NCBI GenBank assembly: GCA_963786935.1
Contig: CAWBAN010000001.1
Span: 32,001-96,000 of the forward strand
Source of the DNA: an uncultured bacterium
Lineage (GTDB): Bacteria > Krumholzibacteriota > Krumholzibacteriia > Krumholzibacteriales > Krumholzibacteriaceae
Reading direction: 5' to 3'
Length of the DNA stretch: 64,000 bases
In this document: positions 39,804 to 49,688 of the stretch, piece by piece
Layout of the letters: each line of letters opens with the position of its first letter
Numbering within the stretch: the stretch's first letter is position 1
Position numbers and translations under genes: made by a program
Notes under the pieces: generated by a model
What the model saw: the letters and a program-made list of their open reading frames with translations, nothing else
What the model was told of the DNA's origin: nothing
Database searches by the model: none

Positions 39804-40459
39804 CGCAGGGACAGTTTCGAGAGAGCAAACGTGAACGCGAGCTCATGGTGCGGGACCAGATCGAGCGCCGGGGCATCCGCGACAAGCGCGTGCTCGATGC
39901 GATGCGCACGGTCCCCCGCGAGCGCTTCGTCGACAAGAACGACCTCGAGTACGCATTCTACGACGGGCCGCTCTCCATCGGGCACGGACAGACGATATCG
40001 CAGCCGTACATCGTCGCCTACATGACGGAGGCGCTCGCGATCAGGAGCGCGGACCGCGTGCTCGAGATCGGAACGGGCTCGGGCTATCAGACGGCCGTTC
40101 TCGCCGAGCTCGCCGCCGAGGTCTACACGATCGAGATCGTCGAGGATCTCGCCGCGGTGGCGCAGGCGCTCTTGAGCGAAATGGGCTACACGAACATTCA
40201 TTTCCGCGCGGGGGACGGCTCTCTCGGCTGGCCCGAGGCCGCGCCTTTCGACGCGATCATAGTGACGGCCGCCCCCGATGACGTCCCGAAGCGCCTCGTC
40301 TCGCAGCTCGCCGACGGCGGGCGCATGATCATCCCCGTGGGAAGCGGCGAGCAGTACCTCGAGCTCGTCACGCGCCGCGGCGACAAGGTCGATCGCCGCG
40401 AGCTCCTCTGTGTCCGGTTCGTCCCGATGACGGGACAAGTGCAGGAAGGCGAATGGTGA
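39800..40459 (+). CDS. pcm: protein-L-isoaspartate O-methyltransferase
   Basis: VPRE.F, GQTISQP, VLEIGTGSGYQ, APFDAI.VTAA, VRFVP. Confidence 0.95.
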   Translation: MTQGQFRESKRERELMVRDQIERRGIRDKRVLDAMRTVPRERFVDKNDLEYAFYDGPLSIGHGQTISQPYIVAYMTEALAIRSADRVLEIGTGSGYQTAVLAELAAEVYTIEIVEDLAAVAQALLSEMGYTNIHFRAGDGSLGWPEAAPFDAIIVTAAPDDVPKRLVSQLADGGRMIIPVGSGEQYLELVTRRGDKVDRRELLCVRFVPMTGQVQEGEW

Positions 40460-41391
40460 TCGGCATCATCAGACACGAACTCTTCACGAAGCATCTCGCG
40501 GGCTACGATCACGTCGAAAGCCCCGCCCGCGTCGAGGCGATCTTGAATAAGCTCGAGGCGAGCCCGATGCGTCCGTCACTCCAGTATATCGAGGCGGAGC
40601 CGGCGAAGATCGAATGGCTCGAGCGTGTGCACGATCCGCGATACGTGCAGGCGATCCTCTCGCTCGATATCAAAGAGGCGGTCATCCTCGACAGTGGTGA
40701 TACGGTCGCGACCGCGGCCACGCCGAAGGCGGCGCTCTACGCGGCGGGAGCGGGCGTGCAGGCCGCGCGCCTCGTTCTGGACGAGAAGATATCCTCGGCC
40801 TTCTGCTGCGTGCGGCCGCCGGGGCATCACGCCGAGCGGAGCCGCGCGATGGGCTTCTGCATCTTCAACAACATCGCCGTCGCGGCCGCGCACCTCGTCG
40901 AGGCGGAAGGGCTCGCGCGCGTCGCCATCGTCGACTGGGACGTGCACCACGGGAACGGCACCGAGAGCATGTTCATCGAGGACGATCGTGTGCTCTACAT
41001 CAGCACCCACCAGTACCCGCACTATCCCGGCACAGGGAGCGCCGATACGATCGGGACCGGCAGGGGGCAGGGCTACACGATCAATCTCCCCATGGCCTCA
41101 GGCGCCCGCGACCGTGAGTACCTCGCGGCCTTCCGCAATCGCATCGTTCCCGCGCTCGACGAGTTCAAGCCCGAGTTCATCCTCATCTCGGCCGGCTTCG
41201 ACGCGCACGCGGACGATCCGCTCTCGGGTATGCTCCTCACAACCGCGGCGTTCGGGACCATGACGACGCTCCTCAAGGAGAGCGCCGAGAAGCACTGCAA
41301 GGGGAGAATCGTCTCGCTGCTCGAGGGCGGCTACGACATCCACGCGCTCGCCGAGTCGGTCGAGGCGCACGTTGCCGCACTGGCGCAGTAG
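40453..41391 (+). CDS. histone deacetylase family (class II-like) amidohydrolase
   Basis: RPPGHHA, GFCIFNN, DWDVHHGNGT, SAGFDAH..DP, LEGGY. Confidence 0.9.
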   Translation: MVIGIIRHELFTKHLAGYDHVESPARVEAILNKLEASPMRPSLQYIEAEPAKIEWLERVHDPRYVQAILSLDIKEAVILDSGDTVATAATPKAALYAAGAGVQAARLVLDEKISSAFCCVRPPGHHAERSRAMGFCIFNNIAVAAAHLVEAEGLARVAIVDWDVHHGNGTESMFIEDDRVLYISTHQYPHYPGTGSADTIGTGRGQGYTINLPMASGARDREYLAAFRNRIVPALDEFKPEFILISAGFDAHADDPLSGMLLTTAAFGTMTTLLKESAEKHCKGRIVSLLEGGYDIHALAESVEAHVAALAQ

Positions 41392-41396
41392 ATCGT

Positions 41397-42962
41397 CTAG
41401 AGGTTCAAGAATAATTGATTCTTCTGCTCGCGGCTCTCGTTGATCGCGGTCACGTAAATGGCGGGGCGGTCGATGACGGGGCACTTCGTCTCGCAGATTC
41501 CGCAGCCGATACAGAGATCGGGATTCACAACGGGCTTCTTGAGAACGACGACGGCGCCCGTCTCGTCGATCGCCGGCTCCTCGACGAACGTGATGGCCTT
41601 CTTGTCCGTCGGGCAGTGCTCCTCGCATACGATGCACTGGCGCCCGAACGCGTAGGGGAGGCAGCGGTTCTTGTCGACGAAGGCGAGCCCGATGTGGATC
41701 TTCTGCTTCTCCTCGACGGTCACGGGCCGGATGGCGCCCGTCGGGCAGACCTGCGAGCAGAGGTTGCAGTTGAACTCGCAGTAGCCGAGACGCGGGACGA
41801 GGATCGGGGTCCAGAGCCCCTCGAGCCCCGCCTCGGCGAGGGTCGGGTGCAGGCCGTTCGTGAGACACACCTTCATGCACTCGCCGCACTTCACGCAGCG
41901 GCGGACGAAATCCTGTTCAGGGAGCGCGCCGGGTGGCCGGATGAGCGAGGGATCGGTGCGCTTGCGCTGCATGCCGGTCGCGATTATGGGCACGGTGAGA
42001 ACCGCCCCGACGCCGCTCGCCAGCAGCCACCGGCGTCTGAGATCGACGTTCCCGTTCCCCGTCGGCTGCGTCGTCGGGCGAATCGCGATCGCATCCGCCG
42101 GGCAGACCTCGCGGCAGTTGTAGCAGACGAGGCATTCCCTGCTCGCCCATTCCCCCGCGGGGAAGGGCGTGGCGTCCCCCTGACATGCGACGACGCATTT
42201 TCTGCACGAGATGCACTTGTTCGCGTCGTTCGCCACCCGCGCGGCGGACTGTTTCCAGCCGATGAGGCCGAGGAGCGCCCCGAGCGGACACAAGTAGCGG
42301 CACCAGAACCGCGGCGCGAGGAAATTGAGCCCCAGAATCGCGGTGAAGATGAGCCCGATGAAGAGCGATTGCCTGAATATCGGCTGATTGAACGAGAGCA
42401 CGGTCCCGCTCATCTTCGTGAGGAGCCCGTCGAGCCCGGGGCTCACGACGGGAATGTTGAGCCCGGCACCCGTCTCGAGCGCCGCGCGCGCGATCTTGTT
42501 GACCGCGGGGTTGTAGCCGATCGCGAGCGAACGGATCGTGAGCGAGATGGGATCGAGGAAGCCCGCCGCGTTCCATCCGAAGAGGGCGGCGACGAGCACG
42601 AAGACGAGCACGTAGTATTTCACCGGGCGCCAGCCGGGGAACCGCCCCTCGGACCGCCCCGGCTTGAGGCTCCGCATGCGCAGCGCCCCGATCGCCGTGT
42701 TGATCGCCCCGAGCGGGCAGACCCAGCCGCAGAAGAATCGCCCGAGAAATATCGTGAGCGCCACGGTGATGAGGGAGAGGAGGAACACCGCGCGCACGGC
42801 ATGCGAGGCCAGCAGCGCGCTCAGCGCCACGAGCGGATCGAAGTCGAGGAAGAGACGCACGGGCTGGCCGAGATCGTTCGATCCCTTGTACTCCGTCTGG
42901 ACGAACAGATAGACGAAGAAGAGGAAGAAGACGATCTGCGCCGCGCGCCGAAGGTTCTTCAT
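41397..42962 (-). CDS. membrane 4Fe-4S binding protein (NapH/MauN-like fused to NapG/MauM-like)
   Basis: FCGWVCPLG, WCRYLCPLG, multiple CxxCxxCxxxCP motifs, IRPPGA. Confidence 0.85.
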   Translation of the reverse strand: MKNLRRAAQIVFFLFFVYLFVQTEYKGSNDLGQPVRLFLDFDPLVALSALLASHAVRAVFLLSLITVALTIFLGRFFCGWVCPLGAINTAIGALRMRSLKPGRSEGRFPGWRPVKYYVLVFVLVAALFGWNAAGFLDPISLTIRSLAIGYNPAVNKIARAALETGAGLNIPVVSPGLDGLLTKMSGTVLSFNQPIFRQSLFIGLIFTAILGLNFLAPRFWCRYLCPLGALLGLIGWKQSAARVANDANKCISCRKCVVACQGDATPFPAGEWASRECLVCYNCREVCPADAIAIRPTTQPTGNGNVDLRRRWLLASGVGAVLTVPIIATGMQRKRTDPSLIRPPGALPEQDFVRRCVKCGECMKVCLTNGLHPTLAEAGLEGLWTPILVPRLGYCEFNCNLCSQVCPTGAIRPVTVEEKQKIHIGLAFVDKNRCLPYAFGRQCIVCEEHCPTDKKAITFVEEPAIDETGAVVVLKKPVVNPDLCIGCGICETKCPVIDRPAIYVTAINESREQKNQLFLNL

Positions 42963-42968
42963 CGTTTG

Positions 42969-43913
42969 CTACCCGAGGTTCACCTCGATGAGTCCCGTGC
43001 TCCGGTAATCCTGTTTCCCGAGGCCGCGCTTCTCGGCGAGGGCCACCGCCCGGAAGTTCTCGACCTTCTTCCCGAAGAGCCCGATGCCGAAGGCTTCGAG
43101 GCGCACCGGATCGGCGCTCGCGGCGACCGTGTCGAGCTTCTCGACGTCGTTCGTGCTGCCCCCCTGCGGGCCGTTCGCCTTGAGGATCCGCACGGCGTCG
43201 AGAACGTTGAGCTGCGGCTTGAAGAACGCCTGCAGATCGACGATGCTCTCGGGGAGCCGCTGGTGCATGAGGTTCCGCGCGCCGCCGGCGACCCCCATGA
43301 GATTCTTCATCATGAGCGTCACGCCGCCGAGGCCGTGGTGCTTCGCGACGGGAACGTTGATGATCTTGTCCGCTTCCATCGCGTCGCGGTAGACGAGCCA
43401 ATCCTTGAGGACCTCGCCGTTCAGATTCGTCTTCACGTAATGCCGGTCCTCGATGAAAAGGACCTCGGCGCCCGCCTGCTTCGCCGCGTCCTGAATGCCG
43501 CTCCGCTTGTAGGTGCGCCGCGCGTCGTTGCAGGGATTGTCGGCGACGAAGACCCTCTTCGCCCCGGCTTCGAGCGCCATGGCGACGAGGGCGGCGACGA
43601 CGGCCGGGTTCGTGTTGGCGGCCTGCTCCTCGGTGCGGTCCCATCCTATGTTCGGCTTCACGAGGACGACGTCCCCCTTAGAGATGAAGGCGCCCATCCC
43701 GCCGATGAGCTCGATCGCTTTGCGCGTCGAGAGCGTCGGATCGGGCCCCTTGACGACCGCCATCTCGTATTTTTCGATCTTCGGCTTGTCGGTTTTCGGC
43801 TTCTCGGCGGGCCTGGCGCCCTTCTGTGCCTGAAACGCGGAGAGCTGTCCCTTCGGAACGAGGAGCTCCGCGGCCCCAACCGCGAGCCCCGCGAGGAATT
43901 TTCTTCTATCCAT
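42969..43913 (-). CDS. DUF362 domain protein with Tat signal
   Basis: MDRRKFL Tat motif; VLVKPNI, TNP, INVP.AKHH, MKNLMG. Confidence 0.85.
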   Translation of the reverse strand: MDRRKFLAGLAVGAAELLVPKGQLSAFQAQKGARPAEKPKTDKPKIEKYEMAVVKGPDPTLSTRKAIELIGGMGAFISKGDVVLVKPNIGWDRTEEQAANTNPAVVAALVAMALEAGAKRVFVADNPCNDARRTYKRSGIQDAAKQAGAEVLFIEDRHYVKTNLNGEVLKDWLVYRDAMEADKIINVPVAKHHGLGGVTLMMKNLMGVAGGARNLMHQRLPESIVDLQAFFKPQLNVLDAVRILKANGPQGGSTNDVEKLDTVAASADPVRLEAFGIGLFGKKVENFRAVALAEKRGLGKQDYRSTGLIEVNLG

Positions 43914-44198
43914 CCGTGTTACCGCCCTTTCTCTCGGTGCAAATACACGGGGCAGATTGATTGCTTTCGGTATTATACCCATTCGGCAGGGCTTCGGCAC
44001 GAGCAATTTTGGCGACGGTGAGAGCGCGCGGGTGGCGCTCATGGGGTCCCCGCCCGCGCGCAGCGAAAGCGAGCACGGGTGGGGTGCAATGAGCGACAGG
44101 ACCCGCGCTCCCTGATCGGGGGCGAAGACGCTTGCGCCCCGGGGCCGTTATGCCGTATCTTGTGCAGAGCAGGGGATCACAAGAAAAGGGTGTATCTC

Positions 44199-45386
44199 AT
44201 GGAGCCGAAAGAAGTTCAGTTTCAGCCCAAGGCATTCTATAGAAAACTCGACTCGCTCCTCGCCGTGATCGGCAAGGCGAGCGCGAAGGATCTCAACAGC
44301 CTCGTCCTCGACGAGCTCGCGCAGACCTTCGGCCCCGATCTCAAGATTCAGAGCGGGTGCCTCTACCGCCGCAAGGGGGGCTCCTACGAGAAAGTCAAAG
44401 GCCCGGTCGGCGCCTCCCTCGAGCCGTGGCCGGTCTCCGTTCCGAGGAGCGATCCGGCGATCTCGCTTGTGATCGAGCACAAGGCCTATATCTTCGCCGA
44501 TTCGGCGTGGCCGCCGTGGGGCAACAACAGCGTCGCGGTCGCCATCGGCGAGGAGAACCAGTTCCTCATGGCCTTCAGGCTCTTTCCCGGCTGGGAGCGC
44601 GAGCTGATCGAGCTTTCGCTCAACTCGGTCCGGAACACGCTCAACTACATCAGGTCATCGCGCAGCTTCGGGATGATGTTCCAGGAAGCGTACGAGATCC
44701 AGAAGAGCCTCCTCCCGAAGCAGGATCCCCTCTTCGACGGTTACGACATCTCGGGGCGGTCGATCGCGGCCGAGTTCGTCGGAGGCGATCTCTACGATTA
44801 CCATATGTTCGACAGCAAGATGCTCGGGCTCGCGATCGGAGACGCGAGCGGCCACGGGCTCCCCGCGGCGCTGCTCGCCCGCGACGTTCTCACGGGGCTC
44901 CGGATGGGAGTCGAGCGCGAGCTCAAGATCTCGAGCCTCATCGGGAAGCTGAACCGCGTCATCAACGGGAGCTTCCTTTCGACGCGGTTCATCTCCCTCG
45001 TGTACGGGGAGCTCGAGCAGAACGGCACGTTCGTCTACGTGAACGCGGGGCACAACGTCCCGTTTCTCATCAAGCAGTCGGAGACGCAATCGCTCGGCGT
45101 CGGCGGGACGATTCTCGGCCCGGTTCCCGACATGAGTTTCAAGCGCGGCTTCGCGTTTCTGGACGTGGGGGACCTTCTGCTCCTCTACACCGACGGGATC
45201 GTGGAGCGCGAGGATCCGAAGGGAGAGCCCTTCGGCGACAACCGCCTCATCGAGCTCGTCAAGCAGGAGCGGCGCGAGAAGGCGTCCACGATCATCGAGC
45301 GGCTGTTCATGGAAGTTTACAAGTTCGGCGCGAACGAGAAGTGGCGCGACGACGCGACCGCCGTCATCGTGAAGCGACTCGCGTGA
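44199..45386 (+). CDS. SpoIIE/RsbU-type PP2C phosphatase
   Basis: IQ..LLP, VGGDLYD, IGDASGHG, NAGH, LYTDG, DDAT. Confidence 0.88.
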   Translation: MEPKEVQFQPKAFYRKLDSLLAVIGKASAKDLNSLVLDELAQTFGPDLKIQSGCLYRRKGGSYEKVKGPVGASLEPWPVSVPRSDPAISLVIEHKAYIFADSAWPPWGNNSVAVAIGEENQFLMAFRLFPGWERELIELSLNSVRNTLNYIRSSRSFGMMFQEAYEIQKSLLPKQDPLFDGYDISGRSIAAEFVGGDLYDYHMFDSKMLGLAIGDASGHGLPAALLARDVLTGLRMGVERELKISSLIGKLNRVINGSFLSTRFISLVYGELEQNGTFVYVNAGHNVPFLIKQSETQSLGVGGTILGPVPDMSFKRGFAFLDVGDLLLLYTDGIVEREDPKGEPFGDNRLIELVKQERREKASTIIERLFMEVYKFGANEKWRDDATAVIVKRLA

Positions 45387-45435
45387 GCGTTTCGCGGCGC
45401 CGCATTCGCCGCGGCAATCGCACGGAGGATTCACC

Positions 45436-47898
45436 ATGAAGAAAACGGTACGAGCGCGTGAGCTTCCGCCGTCCAAGCTGCGGTGGCGCTGCGCTCCCGG
45501 GACGTTCGATTTCAAGACGACCGACGACATCAAGCCGTGCACCGACATCATCGGACAGGACCGGGCGCTCTCGGCCATCAAGATGGGGCTCAAACTCGAG
45601 CACCGGGGATACAACATATTCATCACGGGGCTCGTCGGAACGGGCCGGACGACGACGATCAAGCATCTCCTCGAGCGCCTCGAGAAGAAAGGGCCCATCC
45701 CGGCCGACATCTGCTACATGCACAACTTCAAGAATCCGACCATGCCGCGGTACATCGAGCTCGCGGCGGGGCAGGGGGACGAGCTCTCGGCCGACATGAA
45801 CCGGCTCATCGCGGAGCTCCTCTCGAAGATCTCGTCGGTGTTCCAGAGCGATTACTACAAGGATCACCGGAAGAAGCTCATCGAGGAGTTCCAGCTGAGG
45901 CAGAAGGGCATCATCGCGAAGTTCGAGAAGGACATCGCGAGCGAGGGATTCACGATGGTCCGCATGCAGATCGGCCCCATCACGAAGCCCGAGCTGCTCC
46001 CCGTCATCGACGGCAACCCGGTCAACTTCCCGCAGATCCAGAAGCTCGTCGAGGAGGGGAAGGTGCCGAAGGAGAGCGTCAAGAAGTACGAGGAGTCTGC
46101 GGAGAAGCTCTCCGAGAAGATGCAGTCCGTCTACTCGGAGGTGAAGGATCTCGAGCGCGCGGCGAACAAGCGCCTCGAGCAGCTCGACATCGAGATGGTG
46201 AGTCCCCTCATCCGCGATCTCATCGAGGAGATCGAGCTGAAATACGCGAACGAGGTGCTCACGCGGGAACTCGACGAGGTCGAGGAAGCGCTCATGCAGA
46301 AGCTCGATCTCTTCCGCCCCTCCGACGAGGACGGCGCGCCGCAGCAGGCGGCGCCCGGCGGCGAGGCCGGCGAGCGGGAGGACCCGTTCCGGGAGTTCCG
46401 CGTGAACGTCGTCGTCGACAACTCCGAGACGAAGGCGCCCCCCGTCGTCATCGAGAACTTCCCCAACTTCCGGAACCTCTTCGGCGCGATCGAGCGCGAC
46501 ATCGTCTTCGGCGGGGTCACGAGGGTGGATCACATGAACATCCGCGCCGGCTCGTTCCATCGCGCCAACGGCGGCTACCTCGTCCTCAACGCGCTCGACG
46601 TCCTCACCGAGCCGGGCGTGTGGCAGAGCCTCAAGCGGACGCTCAAGAGCAGCGAGGCGCTCATCCAGAGCTACGACCCGTGGAGCCTCATCGGATCGTC
46701 CACGCTGAAGCCCGAGGCGATGAAGCTCAAGGTCAAGATCGTGCTCATCGGGGACGACTACCTCTACTATCTCCTCTACTCGATGGACGAGGATTTCCAG
46801 AAGGTCTTCAAGATCAAGGCGGAGTTCGACCGCGAGGTGAAGAACTCGAACGGCGTCATCAAGCAATACGCGGGGTTCATCAAGGCGCTCTCGACGAAGG
46901 AGCGCCTGAAACCGTTCCACCGTTCGGGGGTCGCCGCGGTCGTCGAGTACGGCGTGCGGCTCGCGGGGCGCCAGAACAAGCTCTCGACGCGCTTCAGCGA
47001 GATCGCCGACGTCATCCGCGAATCCGATTACAACGCGCGCGAGGAGGGGAACGGTTACGTCACCGGGGACAACGTGCGCAAGGCGATCCGGTGCCGCATG
47101 CAGCGCATGAATCTCCTCGAGGACAAGATACAGGAGCGCATCGACGAAGGTTCGCTCATGATCGACACGGCCGGCACGGTCGTCGGTCAGGTGAACGCGC
47201 TCTCCGTGTACGATCTCGGCGACTACATGTTCGGGCGCCCGACGCGCATCACGGCGCGCACCGCGCTCGGCAACTCCGGCGTCATCAATATCGAGCGCGA
47301 ATCGGACATGAGCGGCCGCACGCACAACAAGGGCGTCCTCATTCTCTCGGGCTTTATCAGGGGGCGCTACGGCGCCGAGCGGCCGATCGCGATGAGCGCG
47401 AGCATCTGCTTCGAGCAGTCGTACGGCGGCGTGGACGGGGACAGCGCCTCGTCGTCCGAGCTCTACGCGGTCCTCTCGAGCGTCGGGCATCTTCCGATCA
47501 GACAGGATCTCGCCGTGACCGGCTCGATCAACCAGAAGGGGGAGATCCAGCCGATCGGCGGCGTGAACGAGAAAATCGAGGGATTCTACCGCGTATGCAA
47601 GGCGCGGGGGCTCAAGGGCACCGAGGGGGTCGTCATTCCCGAGCAGAACGTCGCCGATCTCATGCTCGACGAGGAGGTCGTGCAGGCGGTCGCGGCGAAG
47701 AAGTTCCACATCTATCCGGTCCGGACGATAGACGAAGGGATCTCGATTCTCACGGGACATCCTGCGGGGAAGCCCTCGAAGAAGGGCGTGTATCCGTCGG
47801 GCTCGGTGAATCGCCTCGTGACGGACAATCTCAAGGCGATGCTCGATCAGTGGAAGGATTACGGCAAAGACAGGGAAAAGGACAAGCAGGACAAGTAG
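45436..47898 (+). CDS. Lon-like ATP-dependent protease (LonC/AAA_32 type, S16)
   Basis: IGQDRA, G..GTGR, HRANGGYL, GQVN.L, FEQSY..VDGDSAS (Ser), IGGVNEKIEG (Lys). Confidence 0.9.
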   Translation: MKKTVRARELPPSKLRWRCAPGTFDFKTTDDIKPCTDIIGQDRALSAIKMGLKLEHRGYNIFITGLVGTGRTTTIKHLLERLEKKGPIPADICYMHNFKNPTMPRYIELAAGQGDELSADMNRLIAELLSKISSVFQSDYYKDHRKKLIEEFQLRQKGIIAKFEKDIASEGFTMVRMQIGPITKPELLPVIDGNPVNFPQIQKLVEEGKVPKESVKKYEESAEKLSEKMQSVYSEVKDLERAANKRLEQLDIEMVSPLIRDLIEEIELKYANEVLTRELDEVEEALMQKLDLFRPSDEDGAPQQAAPGGEAGEREDPFREFRVNVVVDNSETKAPPVVIENFPNFRNLFGAIERDIVFGGVTRVDHMNIRAGSFHRANGGYLVLNALDVLTEPGVWQSLKRTLKSSEALIQSYDPWSLIGSSTLKPEAMKLKVKIVLIGDDYLYYLLYSMDEDFQKVFKIKAEFDREVKNSNGVIKQYAGFIKALSTKERLKPFHRSGVAAVVEYGVRLAGRQNKLSTRFSEIADVIRESDYNAREEGNGYVTGDNVRKAIRCRMQRMNLLEDKIQERIDEGSLMIDTAGTVVGQVNALSVYDLGDYMFGRPTRITARTALGNSGVINIERESDMSGRTHNKGVLILSGFIRGRYGAERPIAMSASICFEQSYGGVDGDSASSSELYAVLSSVGHLPIRQDLAVTGSINQKGEIQPIGGVNEKIEGFYRVCKARGLKGTEGVVIPEQNVADLMLDEEVVQAVAAKKFHIYPVRTIDEGISILTGHPAGKPSKKGVYPSGSVNRLVTDNLKAMLDQWKDYGKDREKDKQDK

Positions 47899-47907
47899 GA
47901 GGATCGC

Positions 47908-49188
47908 ATGACATCGAGGCGTTGGGCAGCGGCGGCAGCGGTTGCGATACTGGCGCTCGCGGCCGGCTGCGGAGAGAAGGCCGCACAGAAGGAAGCGCCC
48001 GCCGTTCCCGTCGGCGTGAATCTCGTCGTGAACCCGTCGTTCGAGGAATGGGAGGGAAATCAGCCCGTCGGCTGGAAGCTCGAGCATTTCGAGGGGGAGG
48101 GGAAGAAGGAGAACTACTGCGCGAAATCGCTCAAGGAAAAAGCGAGCGGGAAGTTCGCGTACTCGATGCGCGGCGTGTTCAACGTCGATCGCTGGATGGT
48201 GCTCGTGCAGCGGCACCCGATCACGCCCGGCTACCGCCTGTGGTTCGGCGCCCAGATGCGCGGCGAGAATCTCCAGAAGGGGAGGGATCAGCAGGGGCGC
48301 GCGAACATCTACGTGATATTCTACGACAAGAACGGCAAGCGCGTGCTCGACCGCTACTACGCGGACGGCTACACGCGCACGCTGACCGGCACCACCGAGT
48401 GGCAGCGGCTCGGCCGCCGCGTCGACATCCCGAAGAACGCGCACTTCGTCGACGTCGGTTTCATCTGCCAGATGACGGGCTGGCTCTACTTCGACGACGT
48501 CGAGCTCGTCCTGGAAGAGCCGATCCCGTGGCGCGAGATCGACAGCAAATACGTGAAGTACTACTACCTCGAGGGGAGCCCGTTCCCCGAAGGGGCGATC
48601 GAGAAGGAGAACAAGTTCGTCGAGAGCGTCGTCAAGAAGCTCAAGCTGAAGGTCGAGAACAAGATCACCTACTACTACTATCCGAGCGAGGAGAAATTCC
48701 AGGAAATCTTCGGCGTGAAGAAGGGTCACGAGCGCGCGCTGTGGAAGAAGCAGGAGATTCACACGACGAAGACCTATGACGACCACGAAATGATTCACCT
48801 GCTGCTGACGCCGCTCGGCTATCCGCCGTTCGGGCTCGCCGAGGGCGCCGTTTTCTACGTTCTCGGATCGTGGGACGGCAAGGACCTGCACCTGATCGCG
48901 AAGCAGCAGCTCTCGGCGAAGCGGCTCCCCGCGCTCTACACGATGATCAGCGACGACGCCATGGCCGAGTTCGGCATGTCGAACATCGTCCCCGGATGGG
49001 CGTCGTTCTGCATCTGGCTCATCGAGCGGCAGGGCGCCGATAAATTCATGAAGCTCTACGCGGCGACGAACGAGGTGAACGAAGCCGCCCCGTTCAAGGC
49101 GCATTTCAAGGATATTTACGGGAAGGATTTCGAGGAGACCGACCGCGAGTGGCGGTTGTGGGTGCTCCGGTACCAGTCGAGGAAATGA
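47908..49188 (+). CDS. lipoprotein with CBM-like N-terminal domain and HExxH peptidase-like domain
   Basis: AAG-C lipobox; NLVVNPSFE...FDDV.L; HEMIH plus LAEG. Confidence 0.6.
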   Translation: MTSRRWAAAAAVAILALAAGCGEKAAQKEAPAVPVGVNLVVNPSFEEWEGNQPVGWKLEHFEGEGKKENYCAKSLKEKASGKFAYSMRGVFNVDRWMVLVQRHPITPGYRLWFGAQMRGENLQKGRDQQGRANIYVIFYDKNGKRVLDRYYADGYTRTLTGTTEWQRLGRRVDIPKNAHFVDVGFICQMTGWLYFDDVELVLEEPIPWREIDSKYVKYYYLEGSPFPEGAIEKENKFVESVVKKLKLKVENKITYYYYPSEEKFQEIFGVKKGHERALWKKQEIHTTKTYDDHEMIHLLLTPLGYPPFGLAEGAVFYVLGSWDGKDLHLIAKQQLSAKRLPALYTMISDDAMAEFGMSNIVPGWASFCIWLIERQGADKFMKLYAATNEVNEAAPFKAHFKDIYGKDFEETDREWRLWVLRYQSRK

Positions 49189-49688
49189 CGAACGAATACA
49201 CTTTTTGTCCCCTCTGCGCCGAGCCGCTCGAGCGAGCGCTCGAGGGGAAGCACATGCGAATGGCCTGCCGCGCCTGCGGCTGGACTCATTACCGCAACCC
49301 GGCCCCCGCGGCCGGCGTCGTGATCGTCGAGAACGGCGCGGTGCTCCTCGTGAGGCGGCGCTACGAGCCCTTCGAGGGGCTCTGGTCGATTCCGTCGGGA
49401 TTCATCGAGTTCGACGAGGATGTGCGCGCGACCGCCGCGCGCGAGGCGCTCGAGGAAACGGGGCTCACGATCGAGCTCGACTCGCTGCTCGCGGTGGAAA
49501 CCTGCTTCGACGATCCGCGCGGGAACACGCTCCTCGTGCTCTACCGCGCTCACCGGACCGGCGGCGTGCCGGCGGCGGGGGACGACGCGAAGGAGATCGG
49601 ATTCTTCCCGCTCGGCGCGCTCCCGCCGCTCGCCTTCGAAGCGCACCGGAAGGTGCTCGCCTCGCTCACTGCACGGCCCGGATGCTGA
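49185..49688 (+). CDS. NUDIX hydrolase with Zn ribbon
   Basis: FCPLC, CRACG..HY.NP, GFIE.DE......REALEETG; ATGA overlap with the upstream gene. Confidence 0.88.
   Translation: MTNEYTFCPLCAEPLERALEGKHMRMACRACGWTHYRNPAPAAGVVIVENGAVLLVRRRYEPFEGLWSIPSGFIEFDEDVRATAAREALEETGLTIELDSLLAVETCFDDPRGNTLLVLYRAHRTGGVPAAGDDAKEIGFFPLGALPPLAFEAHRKVLASLTARPGC

Noticed and set aside
45483..48779. 1098-aa same-strand alternative-frame ORF
   Set aside because: Off-frame shadow of the Lon-like and lipoprotein genes; low-complexity R/G/A/P composition
45364..49104. 1246-aa minus-strand ORF, and similar long ORFs at 55339-58782, 9480-11852 and 41415-44021
   Set aside because: Antisense shadows of well-supported genes; Arg-rich, motif-free and expected in high-GC DNA
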